Source of the DNA: an uncultured Verrucomicrobiae bacterium
GTDB lineage: Bacteria; Verrucomicrobiota; Verrucomicrobiia; Limisphaerales; Palsa-1400
Reading direction: 5' to 3'
NCBI GenBank assembly: GCA_963764165.1
Contig: CAVXRD010000001.1
Span: 1,344,001-1,408,000 of the forward strand
Length of the DNA stretch: 64,000 nucleotides
How positions within the stretch are numbered: position 1 is the first letter of the stretch; each line of letters opens with the position of its first letter. The position numbers were made by a program, and so were the translations under genes. A model generated the notes under the pieces. It did not search any database. It was not told where the DNA came from and was given only the letters and a program-made list of their open reading frames with translations. This document shows, piece after piece, positions 61,768-64,000 of the stretch.

Positions 61768-64000
61768 ATGATTCGATACGTGTGCATTGTGTTGCTGGGG
61801 CTGGTTTCGTCCGCCATGGCGGGCCCGACAAATTCCATTTTATTCGTGACGCAAGTGCGCGTTCCCGGGGATTTCACGACGATCGCGTCTACCTTCGGCA
61901 GCCAGCTTTCGACACTTGATGCATGCGGCCGCGGCGGCGATCTTTACATTCGCTACCCGGACGGCACGCTGAAGAACCTTACCCGCGCCGCTGGCTACGG
62001 CAAGTGGGGTTCGCAGAACACCAATGGCATCGCTGTGCGCCAGCCGTGCGTCCATTGGTCCGGAAACAAGGCCGTGTTCAGCATGGTCATCGGCGCGCCC
62101 ACGCGGCAATTCGATTACTCCGGCAATTATTTCTGGCAGCTCTACGAAATCACCAATTTCACCAATCCAAACACAACGCCTGTCATCACCAAGGTTCCAA
62201 ACCAGCCCACCAACTACAATAACATCTCCCCGATCTACGGCTCGGATGACCGCATCATTTTCACGAGCGACCGCCCGCGCAACGGCGAGCCGCAACTCTA
62301 CCCGCAGTTGGACGAATACGAGGAAGCGGCCACCGTCACAGGCATTTGGAGCCTTCAACCGACAAACGGCAATTTGTTCATGGTCAATCACACGCCAAGC
62401 GGCGCCTTCTCGCCGATCATCGACAGCGCGGGCCGCATCGTTTTCAATCGCTGGGATCATTTGCAGCGCGACCAGCAGGCGGACACGGATTTTCTCGAAG
62501 GGACAGATGTCTACGGCTGCTTTAACTGGACCAGCGAAGCGTCCAATTCCGTGCCTACGACTAATACGACGGAAATTTTCCCCGAGCCGCGAAACGTGCG
62601 CACGGATTTGCTCGCGGGCACAGGTCTGTTCGGCAACGAATTCAACCAATTCTTCCCTTGGGCCATAGACCAGGACGGCACAGATGAGGAAACGCTCAAT
62701 CATATCGGGCGCCACGAGATTGGCGGGAGCTACGGCAACGCCTCCTTCACCAACGATCCCAATATTCAGGACCTCTATTATTTCGGCGACAATTACAACA
62801 CCAACACCATCGATAATTTTCTCATGGTGCGCGAAGACCCGAACGTCCCGGGATTGTTTTACGGCATTGACGCGCCGGAATTCGCCACCCACAGCGGCGG
62901 GCAGATTGTCTCCATCACGGGCGCGACGAACATCAACGCCTTTTACATGAAGCTCAATTATTTGACACCGCGCTCGACGCATTATTACGCCGATACGTCG
63001 AATGACATCCCTTCCGACTTCACGGGGTTCTATCGCAATCCCATGATGACATCGGATGGCTACATGATTGCGGCGCACACATCCTATCCGTTCGCCGAGA
63101 TGGACGGCGCCGACCCGAACTTCCCGAGCACACCGTATGATTTCCGGCTCAAGTTCCTCGTGATGAGCAATGGCTATTACGCGCCGTCAACCACGCTTAC
63201 GTCTGGCCTGACCAACGTGGCCACCTATTGGTCGCCGGACACGCTCGTAACCGAAACGAACGTACTGTGGGAGTTCGACCCTGTCGAAGTTATCGCGCGG
63301 GCGCGCCCGGTCCCATATTCCGTCCCGCTTCTGCAACCAGAACTCAATGCCTTCGCGCAGGCGGGGGTCGATGTGGCGACGTTCCAGGAATACCTAGTCA
63401 CGCACCAACTCGCCGTGATCGTCAGCCGCGATGTGACGACCCGCGACCATGCGGATCATCAGCAGCCGTTCAATTTGCAAGTCGCCGGCACAACTCATGA
63501 GACGCTGGGCGCTTCGGGCAGGATTTACGACGTTGCGTGGCTCCAGTTGTTCCAAGCCGACCAATTGCGCGGATTGAATTACGGCGACACGAACAACCCG
63601 CGCGCGGGCCGCCGGGTCCTTGCGCAATACCTGCACGATCCCGCGGTGAACAATCCCACAAACGCCTATGCTCCCACCTCGGGAATCAAAATTGCCGCGG
63701 ACGGCTCAACTGCCGCCTTCGTTCCGGCCAGCCGCGCTGTCTCGTGGCAGCTTGCGGATACCAATGGCACCGGCGTTGTCCGCGAGCGCTACTGGCTTAC
63801 CTTCGCCGCTGGGGAAATCCGCAGTTGCACCAGTTGCCACGGCATCAACGAAATGGATCAATCTGGAAAACCGGAACCGACCAACACGCCTACGGCACTC
63901 GTGCAATTGCTGAATTACTGGAAGACCAACGTCTCGGTGACCGCCAACTCTACCATTATCCAGCAGACGAATTATTTTGAAGTAACCTTTACGCGGCAAT
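61768..64000 (+). CDS. Secreted HzsA-like beta-propeller protein with a CxxCH heme motif; runs off the window edge
   Basis: Absent from the ORF track because it has no stop. MIRYVCIVLLGLVSSAMA signal, IIFTSDRP, RWDHLQRD, and GEIRSCTSCH at 63826-63840 in frame. Confidence 0.75.
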   Translation, partial: MIRYVCIVLLGLVSSAMAGPTNSILFVTQVRVPGDFTTIASTFGSQLSTLDACGRGGDLYIRYPDGTLKNLTRAAGYGKWGSQNTNGIAVRQPCVHWSGNKAVFSMVIGAPTRQFDYSGNYFWQLYEITNFTNPNTTPVITKVPNQPTNYNNISPIYGSDDRIIFTSDRPRNGEPQLYPQLDEYEEAATVTGIWSLQPTNGNLFMVNHTPSGAFSPIIDSAGRIVFNRWDHLQRDQQADTDFLEGTDVYGCFNWTSEASNSVPTTNTTEIFPEPRNVRTDLLAGTGLFGNEFNQFFPWAIDQDGTDEETLNHIGRHEIGGSYGNASFTNDPNIQDLYYFGDNYNTNTIDNFLMVREDPNVPGLFYGIDAPEFATHSGGQIVSITGATNINAFYMKLNYLTPRSTHYYADTSNDIPSDFTGFYRNPMMTSDGYMIAAHTSYPFAEMDGADPNFPSTPYDFRLKFLVMSNGYYAPSTTLTSGLTNVATYWSPDTLVTETNVLWEFDPVEVIARARPVPYSVPLLQPELNAFAQAGVDVATFQEYLVTHQLAVIVSRDVTTRDHADHQQPFNLQVAGTTHETLGASGRIYDVAWLQLFQADQLRGLNYGDTNNPRAGRRVLAQYLHDPAVNNPTNAYAPTSGIKIAADGSTAAFVPASRAVSWQLADTNGTGVVRERYWLTFAAGEIRSCTSCHGINEMDQSGKPEPTNTPTALVQLLNYWKTNVSVTANSTIIQQTNYFEVTFTRQ

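Overview
GC-rich bacterial chromosomal window, most consistent with a Verrucomicrobiota (Pedosphaera-like) genome. That assignment is inferred from the gene families present: DUF1559 prepilin-like proteins, a PVC-type SGNH/propeller/HEAT protein, LamG repeats and an exosortase. Housekeeping genes (tRNA-Pro, leuC, htpG, icd, secA, uppP, trpE, hisI, MsbA-like ABC transporter) are interspersed with secreted glycoside hydrolases, two ParE-type toxin-antitoxin modules, a LysR/oxidoreductase cluster and glycosyltransferases. The notable structure is mostly non-coding or hybrid. (1) At least eight families of palindromic REP/REPIN/MITE elements occur, some nested and some bracketing single genes as homologous direct repeats. 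(2) Two repeat insertions appear to be translated within the leader regions of exported proteins. (3) An internally deleted group II intron remnant follows icd. (4) Three tRNA-Cys 3'-end fragments delimit a foreign islet carrying a PLP lyase and a truncated ATP-grasp-like gene. (5) An HzsA-like CxxCH protein, missed by the ORF track, runs off the right edge. All product calls come from recognising motifs by eye; no searches were run.
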